64,000 nucleotides of DNA from Tubiluchus corallicola (lineage: Eukaryota > Animalia > Priapulida): the NCBI GenBank assembly GCA_030141605.1, contig JAQGDQ010000127.1, forward strand, positions 496,001-560,000, given 5' to 3'. The notes under the pieces were generated by a model. It was not told where the DNA came from. It ran no database searches and saw nothing but the letters and a program-made list of their open reading frames with translations. Position 1 is the stretch's first letter. Each line of letters opens with the position of its first letter. Positions 12,761-27,395 of the stretch are shown here, one piece after another. The position numbers and the translations under genes are program-made.

Positions 12761-15700
12761 CCGAGTCTTCGTCTGAAAGCAACACTGGTGGTCCAGACTC
12801 TTCCAACAATTTCAGCAGAAGTTTGAAGACAGAGTTTTAATACCAAATACCAACTTGCTATGCGCATTTAATCTTCCGTTCCAGACAATGACAAAATCCA
12901 CCTGCATTGCCGGCACAATGTCTGGGACTATGTTTGCCAACAACCATCTGGGCGTGTGGACCAAAGATGAACCTCAAAGACGACCACGACACACAAACAA
13001 AGACAGGTTTGCTAGACTTGATATTAATATCCCTAATCATAATAAATTAGTAATATTGCAATTTCCTCAGTTAGAACAAGAGTAATTATAGGCATATATA
13101 TTGTAGCCAGACTGTCTGCAGACTGTGTGCTTTTGAATCTGCCAAAGCTTTTGTTTCATATCGACCCTTCTGGACGGGTAGAAACACAGAGAGAAGCGCA
13201 GCCCAACATTATACACAATTTTATAGCTGGACGAACAAAGGGACCTTACACAGAATGCAAACATGAACATTGAAGACTTTTGCCTATAAACACCGACTGC
13301 TTTGTACCAATTGTATTTATACAGTCACAGCACCTGAATTTGTTGCAAGTCAGCTAGTATTAATATTTGCCCTGCAGCGTCAAACATCATCAAGTGGAAC
13401 TAATCGGATGGGCGTTTATTATTGTCATCGTCTCTGTAGTCTGCTAATGATGCTGCTGATCGAGAGCTTGGCTGCTTATGATGGCTACGGATCCTAAAGC
13501 CTGCAGCTATGATCAATTATGAATATTCATATTAGACGCGTTGTTTTTGTTAAAGAGTGAATATTCTGTCTGAACAGTCACGAGGAAGAGGAAGATAGAG
13601 AACTTATAAAATGCCTTGCATCACCTGAATACATAACAAACGTTTTTTTAATAAAGCACAAGCATAATCTTGTGGTATAACCGAAAATTAAGAAAGTTTG
13701 AATGAACTTCGCCATTGCTATTCGATATCTGATTTAGTTTCAACATTTAGGATATTTTCTAACAAATGGCCACACCCAAAAAGGCGTGCAAATGATGTTA
13801 GCCATTGAATTTATTTGTTTGACCAGAAAAGCTAAAATTGATGTTAAAGATAAGGAACGAAAATGATTTTATCTCGTTTTGGCTGCCTGCTGACACATGT
13901 TTTCAGCCGCTAATATGTTCAACTACACTGACCACTGAATAGTCATGGAACTTACTTAACCGTGTAAGACTAATATGCTTAGTGTTATATCTGCGGACAG
14001 AAACGCCTAATATCAATAAACAGAATTCGATGAATGACCCAAGTGTGAAGATAAATGACCTTCTCTACACTTGCTTCACATCGGGAAAGCTGCAGGATTC
14101 TCACTAAACAGTTAACAGATAAACGTCAAACACCCTTCCATGCAATGCTAATCCATATATTTAAATCCGCCCCTAGATGATTGGCTATCCACGCAGTCAA
14201 AATAATAAAAGTGAAAGTACACTTGTCATTGAAGCTGTTAAAATCTTGTAAAACAATCAAAATGACACTAGTTATTTGCCAGCAAAACAGTAAAGAGGGT
14301 GATCGCTGGTCAGTGGACCAGATGGATTTCATTGGTTAGGACACAAAGGCTGCCCTAAATACGCTAGTGCCATGGTGAGAAGCAAATAAAATGCGAAGGG
14401 AATGCCCTTTGAAGTTGCCTATGTAAATAACCTATAGACACACAACACATGATGTATAAATTTCGTGTGAAAAAAGAACGTTTTAAAAAAAAACAAAATA
14501 TGAATTACATTATAAAATAAGCAAAAACTTAATTACCTAATTAATCCATTCAGCAAAACTTTATAATTTACGTCAATTGACAAGGGACTATAGGTACATT
14601 TTTGCAAACTAACTTGCCACACATATATTACTTCTAAAGATTAAGTTTTAAAGTGTTAACAATAAGTTAAAAATTCTGCAATGTAAATTGGCAATTCATT
14701 TTGCCGTTTTGTTACACCTTGCCCATTCTAAAGTTACGCAACCCAAAAAGGCCCTTGCGGCCCAGAAACTAGGAATTCCATGAAAGAATAACACACAAAT
14801 TAACACTAATTTAAGAATCTGTACTGATTACAGAATCCATTTTGCTGTGTGTACCTCATAAATTTTGAATGATAAGAAGTCATCCGTTTAGCATAGGTGA
14901 CCGCTGACTGCTGTATCTGCTAACAAAAAAAGCAACTACCGACTAGAGTCGTCCATAGAAAAATGCAAAAAGACACCAACAAAAGATTTGTTGCCATTAC
15001 ACATCAGCATAATACAACACTGATGAACTGGAACTCAAATCGAAAAGCCATTGCAGAAAACCATCAAGTTAAGAAGGTAGCACAAGTATTACTCATCGCT
15101 GTCTTCAGTCACAAAACACTTCAGGCAGGTAATTCAAATAGAGGGGAGTGGTAATTTAAGCAACTCAAATCATGGGCCAGCAGCAAGGACAGCTCTAAAT
15201 TGCTACAAACACGCTTTTAAGAGGATGCCGGATGACTATCTTATACAGAGACTTCTATGTTAAATAATCGGGCCAGAATCACGTCTGTGTTCTTATACCC
15301 CCCGTTATTTGAAGTTCAAAATCATAAAGATGCGCAAGACCTCACGTACAAAAAGGGGGATCATAAGAAGTTTAATCATTTCATACATTAAGTTGACAGC
15401 TTGCCCACAACATGGGTTTGGCCCCAAACAAACCAGTGCTAAAAACAAACATGTCCAGCGCATTAAACTATGCGTTAGGCGTTCGATCGAACATGTGCAA
15501 TCGAAATGAAATGAGATGATTATAACATAATCACTATATGTACATGGTTTAATATTAATAATATATTGTTGTTATACTAGCTTTAATCAGCTGTTACATA
15601 TCATTTGAGAAATATGAACATTATTATTAATAATGTAACGTTAGTGCATTCGCTGATCATCATCGATTAATCGTTTATCAAAAAATTTATTGAGATCTAC

Positions 15701-15806
15701 ATCAATATTAACGAATGCTACCAAATAATTTTGGCTCGAATTAAAACAAATGGAAACACAGCAGGCTTAATCGTGGCCACAAGCGTTTTTACTCGCGATC
15801 CTTACA

Positions 15807-15857
15807 ACACACACATGCACGCACTCACGCACGCACGCGTGCGCGCGCACACACACA
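15807..15857. repeat. Compound (CA)/(CG) microsatellite
   Basis: acacacacatgcacgcactcacgcacgcacgcgtgcgcgcgcacacacaca. Confidence 0.8.
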
Positions 15858-18800
15858 TATAAAACAGACGTTCTCAAAAATTCCTTCCAAAACTATGGGA
15901 AAGAGTCTTGAAGTATTTCTGCTCACTTTTGTTGAGTTTTCAGGCTGAACAACAAATAGGTATTTGCAAACAGCGGGACTGGTCAGCCAAGAATTAATAT
16001 CGCCTTACTGTATGCTGAACAAGCAATTCAGACAACAATCAATTGGCTTTGTCAAGGATTTCTTCTGCGCAAGATGATGCACGGCGTTAAACACGATTAA
16101 AGGTGTGTACGTACACATGCACGCACATTTGTAGGGACAGAATATTTCACGTAGATGAATATTTCGCGACAGTGTATTTCATGTAGAAGATCTGGCAGGT
16201 ACATTTGGCGACAGTTGACGTCATCGGGTAGGGTGATGTCTAGTGCCCCTCTTGTGTTAGCACCAGGTGAAACTGCAGAAGGACGGTCTTCCAGACATAT
16301 GTATTTCATTCGCCTACCTACTTCTGACACGCATATTTCCGCCGTTTTCCGGCGTATGTGTTAACTGTGTATATGCCCTAAAACGTGGAGTATTACTAAT
16401 ACTAGGGAGTTGTAATCGCAGTCCTGCTAATATAAACTGCGTGGTATTGTTGTGAATTTACGCAAACTTTTACGAACTAAAAAAACTAAATCCTCCAGTA
16501 AACTCTCATGTAATATGTGTGTAGGTGCGGCCACATTTTTATAAAACCATCAGACTCAAAGTTTTATTAACTTCGGTTTACAGCAAAAATCTCAGTATAG
16601 TAAGAATATACTGAACAGCTCATTAACATTAAAGCGACAACTTCTTAGCAACGCAAATGTAGAAAATACTTATTAATTTAATGGAAGTACACATTCGACC
16701 ATTCATACACATTCAAGTACATATTCAACCATGAGTTCATGACCTAAATTTCAAAACATAAAACGAAAAAATACGGTCACAAGTTTGTAGATAAAAATTT
16801 CATTTAGTAGTAATTGTTAGTTAACATAATTAATGTTGATATACCTTTTCGATTTTGGTACCTGTCACACGCCAATTCCTAAGTCGAATTCACACACAGC
16901 TTGCAGTTGAAGATGGTCTTAAAATACAGTACTGATACAATAGTCAGTGGTGTGACACATTATATATCAAGTAACTGTAAAACTATTGACAGGCAGCTAT
17001 TATAAGTGCCACTCTAGTGCATTCATCTCAATTTCTAATCGTAAATTGCGCAATAATGATGGAACAAACGGACAACGGTCCAAACCGATGCCTCGGGTAA
17101 GCTGATTTGAAATTAAGCGTTATGCTAGTCAGCACCCAAGTAAAAGCTTAAACTTGGTAAATATTCCAGCTGGTGAACATAGTGGAGACGATGAATATGG
17201 CGCACTAAGATTAACAGTAGATCAAAGCTACCGCGCCATTTATACGATCACCAACAGTACAGTCATATGCAGCCATGGTTAATAACCTAAGGCGAATTTT
17301 ATACTTATCTTAAAGTAGAAAATCGGATGACTCCAAGTTGTAAAAGCGACGACAGGAAATCGTAACAACGCGTTAATAAACATTACTTGAAAGATGAAAC
17401 TCTTTATGTATAGAGGCTGAGAAAGAAAGAACAGTTTTGATGGAAATTCACCGTCTTCTACCCTTTCTCAACCTTAGGATTCTGCATTGGAAGGCAATCA
17501 CATAACGTGGTTTTATTGACCTCTTCCTCGAAGTTCAAATTCACGATGAAGCAAGGAAAAAAGTATTTACTACCAATGATCGATTAAAAAATAAATGACA
17601 AATTGTCACTATGAGAGAAAGTACTCCAGACAGCAAAATGTACATCCCATGACGTGATGCAGCAGTAAACAAACCATTTTTGCCTGAATAAAAATAACGC
17701 TGTTTTGTTGCATACTGTAGAGTGCGATAAAATACTTACGGACGTAATTGAACGGTCTCACAGACTCACACCGAAGTACAGATTGACAAACGTCGGTTTT
17801 CTTGCCTATATGGGTTAGCTCTCTTCAGATGAATTATTAAAAATAAAAGGCAACGCGGTACATTGATGAAACGAGAAACTTTGACAAAATATTTACAAAT
17901 GTAATGTATTACAACGACCGAATACAAAACGTTAGTTAATTCAAAATATCAACTTTCATATACTGTATACAACTAGATGTATACAATTATAATCACTATT
18001 GAAGAATGTAAAAGTTGATTGTATCATTTGAGAGATAGATGTAAAAGTTCTTTTACAAAGGTCTATTATAGACGGAGGCTATACTTCTTGTTTTCATTTT
18101 TAAAGAATGAAATTTAATAAAAAGCGGTTGCAACTGTCATCGGCTTAAATAATAGCTTATAGTTTCGAATTAACGCGATGAAACTGCTGCAAACAAAAAA
18201 ATTAAAAAATAAGTGTATCAATAAGTATCTGTATCTTCGGAATAAAAATGTTGACGATAAATTGAGGACGACTTGAAACTGAAGAGGCAATAAATAAATT
18301 AACATGCGTATTCTCCACCTGAAGTAAACCCATGAGGATGGGAAACTGAAGGAATCGACATTACGACAGCTCAAAAAAACATTAACCACACAAACAGTAA
18401 AGTTCAGTACAGAGGTAGCTCACCTTGCAACATCGTTTGACCTACTAAAACTATTTTTGAAAGCTTAACCTGACAAAAACGCCCAGCAGCAGTGAAATGC
18501 CACGTGAACTCCAACTTACTTCGGTGAGAATTTTTTCTCAACAACTAATGCTTACATTCGGCAGGAGCCAAGTGAAGGAAGACGACTAAAGTGGCTAGTT
18601 GGAACTGAGTGTATCATTGCGCGGGCGAATGTCGCATAATTATGTACTGAGTGAAACAGCCTGGGTAATACATAGATCACAGAACGTCAACCAAACAGTG
18701 GTGGTCCACCTCGCAATTTCCATTCAGACCCGCTGTATTTTTGCTATAACTACTTTTCAATTGCTGGCGCCTAGACTTACTCGCAAGCTCAACGACATTT

Positions 18801-20746
18801 ACATGTGAAGCGCATAATACACAGAGAAAGTGTGTATTCATGATTGTTTTTACTTATTAAATTCATTAAACAGCAATGAAAGAGAGTATAACATGTGAAG
18901 TGTTTTGCCTGGGGCATATGTAATATGAATGTTCGGTACCCATCATTCAGCAACATGAATAGTTCAACAAATTCAAAATTAATAAAAATCCTGCTGTCTG
19001 CTCAAAGTTTACCCATTTTGTTATTGTTTTATTGTTATACTGCTGGTTACATGTGGAAATGCGGCGTGCTACATCAAAACTTAACGCAGTGGAATAATAT
19101 ATTTGATCATATTTCAGATATTATACTGTACAGCATAACATAAGATTTCGTTCGTTGCGTATGGCTATATAAATAAACACTAGTCTGTACATTTTGCAAT
19201 TATGAGTACAATGTGATTATAATATGAGTACAATCCCATAATACTGAAATAACTTGAGTTGACTTAAGCGAATTAACTAACGTTAAGTAATATTTAAAAT
19301 ACTCAGAAGGGAAATTAAAGGTCTTACGATGCAGACAATTAAAAGTAAAATGCTAAATGTTGCACAATTCCTCCTGGAATGCAAGCAAAAGAAAATCTCA
19401 TATATCCAGTGAACAGACTAACTGGCCAGCCTCTCAAAACTCAATAAATTACAATTCATTGGCGAGCATCACGTAGACGAGCATTGTCATTAAACCTGTA
19501 AATGTTGGCACATCAAATTTGTAAGAATTGGGTCAAATAAAAAGTCCTGCTGTGATTCCGATTTACGACATAACCTCTAGAAAAATGAATTGCATTGAAA
19601 GCGATTAAATGAATCAACTTGGCTCGAATAGACACAAAATTACAGGATTTGTTATGCTATAAGAGATACAGTAAATCCATATTATTGAAATTAAATACTA
19701 ACGAAATGAGGACACTACAAAGCAGTATAAAGCAGTTTCAGCCAACTAGCACCTTTATCAAATTTACTTGAGTTTTATGACACAATTTGCCAATTTTGTC
19801 TTACATTGATTTTGTTTTTGCTAAATTACAAATATTTTTAATTAATTAATTAGTATCATTTAATAAAAATTTATGCAACACTAAAAAAACCTAACAACAA
19901 AGACAATTATCCCAAAGTGACAGAAATAGAAGGCATAGTAAATAAAACACAAATAATTATAAAATATTATATTACAAATACAGTTACCAAAAGTATAACA
20001 TAAATATGGGGTATCTTCCTCTTCTATTTAAAATGGGTTACCTGTGTGAGATTTCGTAATTTCAACCAGAACGAGATTTCACATAAGGCCAGGACAAACT
20101 GATATTACAGAATTTGTAATACGCAGGCTGAGGAACGTAATATAAAGTACTTTGTACAAACCAGATCGGATTCAAATTTCAGATTGAACCACTCTGAAGT
20201 AATATATACCCTGGTCCAGATATAGCTTTGTGACTAGTAACAGCTTTATACTGCCGAATATAAACTCTTGATCAGACAAGTCACAATACTTTCTATACAT
20301 AATCAGACGCGGCTAATTATTAACATGATCCCATTAGAAGTTTTTTCAATTGAAAAAGTCATCATTCTCGCTAATAACACAATCTTGAAAATTATTGCTG
20401 GAATTAGCATTATCAAAGAACTGGATTATAGGACTCAACTCTTTCCCAACTAAGTCGATTAATATTTAAAATACATAACTCTGTGCAAACTATTTTAATC
20501 TAAAAGCCAACAGTATCTAGATATGACTAGGATCTAAGTCCTCAAATCAGGACACTGTTCCGGCCCACCTCAATTTCACATTTTGAGTTTATAGGCCCAC
20601 AATCCCAGATTTGTAGGCATGTACTCATTTACTGTTGAATGCTGATACAACAATGTTTTTGCCAAGTCATAAAATTCTAAACTTCACAAATCAGTTAAGT
20701 CAAGTCCACATATGGAAAATTTTATTTTCAAATTTATGTTATTTAC

Positions 20747-20935
20747 CCTGGATCTTTTCTTCAGTCTTTCTAACAACTTGGCTGCAGGATAAAGGAACTG
20801 CTTGCAGAATCCTATGGTGTTGCCCTCGAAATCGTTGTTAAGCAAGTGCTGCAAACAGGCAGTAATTGTAGCTAAAGCTGGAGCCGAATACAGAGGTCCC
20901 AGGACACGCTGGGCGTGACTGTTCAAGTCAGATGC
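20747..20935 (-). CDS. Coding exon: N-terminal domain of a PLEKHG4B/ARHGEF40/KIAA1755-family (puratrophin-like RhoGEF) protein
   Basis: Pyrimidine-rich acceptor (...tttag|) and donor agg|gtaaat; 189 nt, phase 0-0; ASDLNSHAQRVLGPLYSAPALATITACLQHLLNNDFEGNTIGFCKQFLYPAAKLLERLKKRSR aligns by eye with the family motif LDxxIQxxLxxLYPPFEATAPTVLGQVFxLLDxxFxGDxLxFxxDFLxPAKxLxExV. Confidence 0.8.
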
Positions 20936-23544
20936 CTAAAAAACAAAAAGAAACGGTTATATGCTACCAAATATTAATGCTTAAATCATATATTTAAAAA
21001 TGCAAACTTTACAGTTTATTTACTTTTACAACTCAAGATAATACTGCCGTATTGTAGGCTATTCCTAATCCTACACTAACAGCTGTCAATCTCCATGGAC
21101 AACATTGAAAATTGACAGAATTTCTGGAACCTTCCCCTATGGCGCAGGCTACCAAGGGAAAGGAATAAAGATGAAACGAGTCTAAACATAACATGTCACC
21201 ATATAACAGAAATGACGAAATAACATACGTACACGTCGTACATGGCCTGGTCTGGTAATAACATCAAAGTTTTACATGCATTATCAAATTAAGCCCAAAG
21301 AGCACGCCTTGTTTCCAAAAAGAGCAAAGCCATAGATTCAACTTTCTTCTACTTTTCAGTGAGTCATACAATGTACGATTGCACTGTATCGCCTTTAACA
21401 AAAGCTTTGCAACTTAAGGCCTCGAATGCTACAAGGGTGAAAAAACAGCGTGTCATGTGAGCCACAGAGAAAACAGAGATGTACAAATGATAACTACAAT
21501 ATCTTACCGTGAGACCTGTCATTATTCACATGTAAAACTTAGCTGATGTCCAAAAGATTAACAACATTCTGCGCGTAGGCGCAATCGCTAAATCACCCCT
21601 GACCCAACAAAAGCACAAAGAAAGGCATTCCTATCCAAAAATTTCTACAACCACCTGCATGAGTCATTAATTCCCAAACAGGAAAGGCCTTAGGCTACAA
21701 ATAAAACTCATGCAGAAGATAAAAAGTTACGGTTGCCATGGAAATATGGAGGTTAATTTGGTAGGCCGAGTTTCTCATCAATCCTATTAATTCCTGACAC
21801 CATCATCTGATTCAAATAGGGACAAAATAAGATGAACAGAAATAAAAAGTTGGAAGTCACGCACGTTAAAACAAGAACTTATATAAAAGAAGAAAAATAC
21901 ATGATCTTTTCTTTCCTCTTTTTTAAATGCTATACACATGTACTTCATGTGATATACTCAAACACCCAAACTGATACACTCAGAGTCTTAATGTTTATAT
22001 CGTCTCACAAAGACTCGCCTCACACTACAAATAGATGTAATCACTTGACGGGGCTTCCTGACATTACATTCAAATCTGAGCTTTCGTTAATCTTTCATGT
22101 AAGGAAGTTGTGTTAATTCCGAGATGTAAATAAATACCACAGTTGTCCCTCGACTTTTCTGGGTATTAATATCAGATTTACGGAATTCGGAAGGAAGCGA
22201 TAATATAGTAAGCAGTAACCTGTTTAACAATACAAGAGTTTGGACAACTATTTTTAAAAAAACGAAAAAATGATCTGTCATTAGTAAAATAATGTTATCT
22301 CGTTAGACAGTTCACTACACAGTACACATCCGTATTCATATTCTAGGCAAGTGGATCTTTCTATATCGTGATCAGTTTATTTAGTACTGGGAATCATTAA
22401 CTTGGGCCGTTGGGCGGACGGCTGGCCGCATTTTCTCTCGAAGCCATCGATATTGTCACATTGCTATACATAAACAATGGCTTTTTCAGGCTGGCGTAAA
22501 TAATACGTATGGATAAACGATAAAGAGACAAAGTGCCGGTGAGTATTGAATGGCTTCAGGCGGAGCACTCAAAGAGCATTCGTTATGCTACAAAGCAGCT
22601 GAATGTCACTGAAGATAAACGGTTACTTCAGAGACTGACAGTTACTGTACTAATCCATTGAATACTATAGTAAGATCCAGCTAATAAACGAGTGTAAATG
22701 TATTTCTAGATCTAGTTTTATGACGTTCAGAATTTCTGCCTGAATTAAATTAAGTTTAGTCATAATTTGAGGAGCAACTGGGGATGTTATTAACATAATT
22801 ATGATATTATTTCACGCTCAGTCAAGCCTTAAGGTAAATAGGAGACTCAGGAGAATTAAACTTAAATTGCACAGGGATTGACAGAGACGTGTTCGCCATT
22901 GCTTCCAATAAAGCCTAAATTCAGCAGCAGAGAAAACTTGAAAGTAATTTATAGCAAATACAATTTTATCTTGAAATGAGTATTGATTTAAACACAGTTC
23001 TCAAGTATACTGTAATAATCCACTTTCGACGCACAAGTTTTGTTGTTCCGAGAATGAGTTGCTATAATACTTCATTTGGTAGCCTCTGACAGCCATTTTT
23101 CACAAATTTTGCTATTTAGTTACACGCACATATAAACTTATGAATACGAAATGCATGAGTTGGGTGTTCATCAGAATTATTTAATAACTGATAACTACAA
23201 TAAACGCAGTACCACGAATACATTCACCGCACTCACTGATTTCTGTTGCGTGCCGAACATTGAATTTGCAACTTGCCTAGACTGCCACACATTTTCAAAC
23301 GGATAAGGAAGTAAAATTTAAAGTTGAAATGAATAATCCACTAGTGTGAGTCACAGAATAAATATTAAACTGCGAACTGGGCTGTTTGCGAATAAAATAG
23401 GTAGCTAAATTAGCTCTCAGTAACCAGAAAATGCAAACCATTTCATTAACAATATCTATCCCAATTAAAATTCAACGTACTGGAAGAGAATGAAAAATCC
23501 AATATGGTCAAGCTTATAATAGGGAGGAAAGTTATGTATACGAT

Positions 23545-24527
23545 GCACGGTAAAATATGACACAGGTAAAAATGGAGTAGGAAAAAATGGCACAGTAAAA
23601 ATGGCCTAGGAAAAAATGGCACAAGAACAAATGCCACAAATGGAAAACTATGTAAAAATGGCACAAAAGTAAGTAAATGTGTCGCATGTTATTTTGATGC
23701 AACTGATTTCTAGAATGCGCTCAGTAGGAAGCAGATTTCTGCCAAAGACAAACAATCCTAAACTTATTCGTCTGATTTTTTTTTGAGAAATAAATTTAAC
23801 ACAAAGATAAACAAACATACAAAAATGTACAAGTGCTGGTATTATATAGACTAGCAAAAGACTTACAAAATATTTGTTCATTAAATAGATTTGTAATTAA
23901 TAATGCACGAATATTCCACATAGCGTTTACCTACCTTTTAACCATTAATTTTGGTGATGGTAATGGACTGACAAATATATGCGTATTTACATTGCACGTA
24001 CCAAGTCACCTTATAAGGCTATACCCATTAAAGAGCAAAGGTTATAGACAGCGTTACACAGCTTTACAGAAACTCGTAGAACTTTGTTTGTCCAAATGCA
24101 GATAACAAAAAAGAAGTACTAAACATTCCGTTTGAGTGTCCACAAACGTTACACAGCTTTACAGGAACTCATAGAACTTTGTTTGTCCAAATGCAGATAA
24201 CAAAAAAGAAGTACTAAACACTCCGTTTGACTCTTCCAGAAAGTGCTCAAAATGTTTTTGTATGTGGTATTCGGTCAAGTTTTGCGAAAAAAGAATTTGA
24301 GAAAAGATTTCCATTTTGGCAGACTAAAACAACCAAACAAACTGTGCGGAAGCATAACTACTTTGGCAGAGGCAAAAATAACTAAAATAATTATCCCCCA
24401 CTATAACACTAACCCTAAACACATATTTTACTAGGTGTGTCATTTTTTCCTGTGCCACATTTTTTACCTACTTTTCCATTTGTGCCATTTTTACCGTGCC
24501 ATTTTTTTCTTATGCCATTTTTACCTA
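23545..24527. mobile_element. Fold-back element with arms built of ~15-bp tandem subrepeats
   Basis: Left arm (23545-23666) repeats (gg)taaaaatggcac(a); right arm (24436-24527) repeats tgtgccatttttacc; an actaaccctaaac motif precedes the right arm. Confidence 0.75.
24052..24230 (+). repeat. Recent direct duplication (84 bp x2, period 95 bp) inside the fold-back element
   Basis: 24052-24135 and 24147-24230 differ at only 3 positions by eye. Confidence 0.9.
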
Positions 24528-27346
24528 CATTATTACGACGTATGCGTAAGTGACGTCACGCATGGATATAATCATATAAAATGTTACAAAATTCACAGGT
24601 ATGTGTTTCTTTTTGAAAAAATGATTAAATGATCACAAAAATCGGCAGTAGTAGTAATGTAACTTAAGTAGCAATAGCAATAATGTAAGTAGTGCTGTAA
24701 TGTAAGTTTTGAACAATCTGTTAAGTTTGATAACTACAGAAAAAAGAAAAAAAAGAAAAAAACAAGCCATTTCAGGTGTGTCTTACTTAGTAGTCAAGGA
24801 GTATTACTTTTTAGGGTCTTTATTGACTAGCAAGTGCAGATGTGTCTTTTCGTCGGTTACTGATTGGCACCAATTTAATAAATCTAGAGAATGGTTGAAA
24901 TATTTGCATGGTTATGGAAAGATGTTGATTTTTTTATTAGTTATTGAAACTTGACCAATAGAACGACTCATTACTTCTTGTCTGGTGTATATTTAGGTTT
25001 ACCCTCTGTCAAATGGTGCATATTTTATGAAAATCTGGTAAGATGTTGTACAGTTATTCACAAACAAAATTTAAAAAGCACTGTATAAATAACTTTTTCC
25101 TTTGGACATTGTACGTTAATGCTGTGTATGTTTGTGCGTAAGGCAGTAGTTCTGTAGTGCTCAGACCACATATCTTGACGTCCATTTTTCTAATGATCGT
25201 AAAAATGAAATAAAAGGAAAGGAGTTCAGAAAGTGAATGCATCACTAACTGTATAAAGCTAAAAGCCCTTTCAACAAGTAGCTATCCAGAAATTAAGAAT
25301 TCAGTTTAACATCAAAAAGACGGATAGTGAAAAACGAAAATTGGAAAAAAATTATTTATAAAAATACAAAGCTTCCATTTCTAGAGAAGAATACAACTTA
25401 CAGCCCTACCACAGACTCAATCAAGGTGGACGCAATATAATCTGCGGACTGAATTACCTATTGTAGTATCCAAATGGGTAAATTAGTTTGGTGAATGGTG
25501 AAAATTAATTTACCTTTTAAGGTAGTGTTACTATGGACTGCGTGTACACTGTGCGACATAACGAAGGTCTGCAATGTAGTGTGTAGTGATTTAAACAAGG
25601 TTATTTCCCAATTCCCGGGGAATTTTACATGGCAACGCCAAACATTCACTATAAAGCGGGGCGCATATCAGAAATTTTTACAAAAACATTGAATGTTTTC
25701 GTAATTAAATGTTTTTGCAAATCAATAAACCGAATCACTTTATTTGGATCTTTTTTGCACTGATAGTCTTTCCCAAATATTTGCGTATTTGTTAAGCTCG
25801 ATTTTTGTCATGTATGAATGATCTCTGTTTTGAGGAGAGGCTTATACGTTTCATTCAATACACTACGGCGCAGCTTATCTCTGACCATTTATGATTACGT
25901 GCTCACATTATTATTGTTCTCAAAGGGAGAGGGGTCAGGGCTATTGTACTGTACGCATTCACAGTGGCTGCTCGGATATTAGCTACACTGAAGAGTATAA
26001 GTCATGAAAGCCTTACATAATTTATTTTAAGAGCATAACCCTTTGCCCTTACTGTTTGCATTCACAGAGTGCTACAAGTATGCTTGTACCAATCGTAAGA
26101 AAACACAGTACAACTAGGAAAACGCGTGAACTCACGCACACACACACAGGCATATATAATATATGCGCTTATGTTTATCTATTTGGAATAATAACATCAA
26201 AGTATTGTTTTACTTGATATCAAATGTGATATTTTACATTTTATGCAATATTCTACATTATAAACACACATATCTCATTTAGCGTTTGCCACAGCAACAC
26301 GACACAGGACGTATCTTTATGATACATTTTACTCCTCTTCCTCCCCCACCCCTCAATCCTTTGTGAAGAACATGTGTAACTGTGGTGATGACAACAGCTG
26401 AAGTAAATGGACAGACTGGACAGCAGATGAAGGTTGAGACTGTACTGATTTGATCACTAGCGAGTACTGAGCAGCGTGAAAATCTCAAATGAATCCGAAG
26501 AACGCTACAGAAGATGGGCATTACAAACTACACGAAGCTCAAGGACAGAGAGATAAAAAAGCCAGTCTCATCAGAGTGAAATTGATCAAAGACATCTCTC
26601 AGCAGCATAGCGTCTTTGATAACGTACTTTTACAAATGAGACTGTGTGATGGATGTTTGGTTATCGTAAGTTGCGTTTTACTCTCCGACTATAGGAGGTG
26701 GTGTTTAGTAAATTCATTGAAATGAATTATCAATTTACTCTTCCAAGAGCAATTAACGCGACATTGTACAATTGTTCTGCAATTCATAAAGCTAAACGCA
26801 ACTCCGGAGGACATTTCTGAGAAGACATGGGACCTCTATATTTGCTTTTAGTACCAACAGGTTGGGTGGCTTGCGTGCAGTCTGAGCAACTTTTGTCATG
26901 CATCCGTCCAAAAGCAAGTCAAGTTCAACACCTGCATAGGGATAACCACACAACACAATAGGAGTGCAAGTACAATTGAATTTGTTTGCAAATGTTCTGG
27001 TAAGCTCTTGCTTGCAGATAAACAAGCTATTTATCAGTTTGCTAGTTGACAGTGTCCAAGCCCCTAGACAGCAACTCACTGCTAAACCGTGCTGTTTTCA
27101 AGAACAAAGATGATAGAATGAATCAGCTATGGTATTTGGACACACTTTGCCCAAGCATTCCCCTACCCATGGTCCTGTGACTTATCAAAAATCATTAGGT
27201 TTATCTTTACGACAAACAGATTAAGAGGTCTTGAACTACACTCCATTGTTAATATAAGATGCAGCGAAAAGTAGAATACCAAATGCCACAGACAGCATAA
27301 CCACTGCTTCCTACTCGGTCACCCAGTGCCTCCTTTCAAGAACAAG

Positions 27347-27395
27347 AATAACAACAGCAACAACAACAGCAACAACAACAATAACAACAACAGCA
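27347..27395. repeat. (CAA)n microsatellite
   Basis: aataacaacagcaacaacaacagcaacaacaacaataacaacaacagca. Confidence 0.85.

Noticed and set aside
12545-12867. Four overlapping ORFs (F/V/C-rich and K/Q/T/N-rich)
   Set aside because: Artefacts of the stop-free G/T tract.
19345-19445. Minus-strand GWPVSL motif as the missing next RhoGEF exon
   Set aside because: In-frame stop just upstream, no phase-0 acceptor and no GDFYL block.
26792-27079. 95-aa minus-strand ORF
   Set aside because: No recognisable motif and no convincing splice boundaries.
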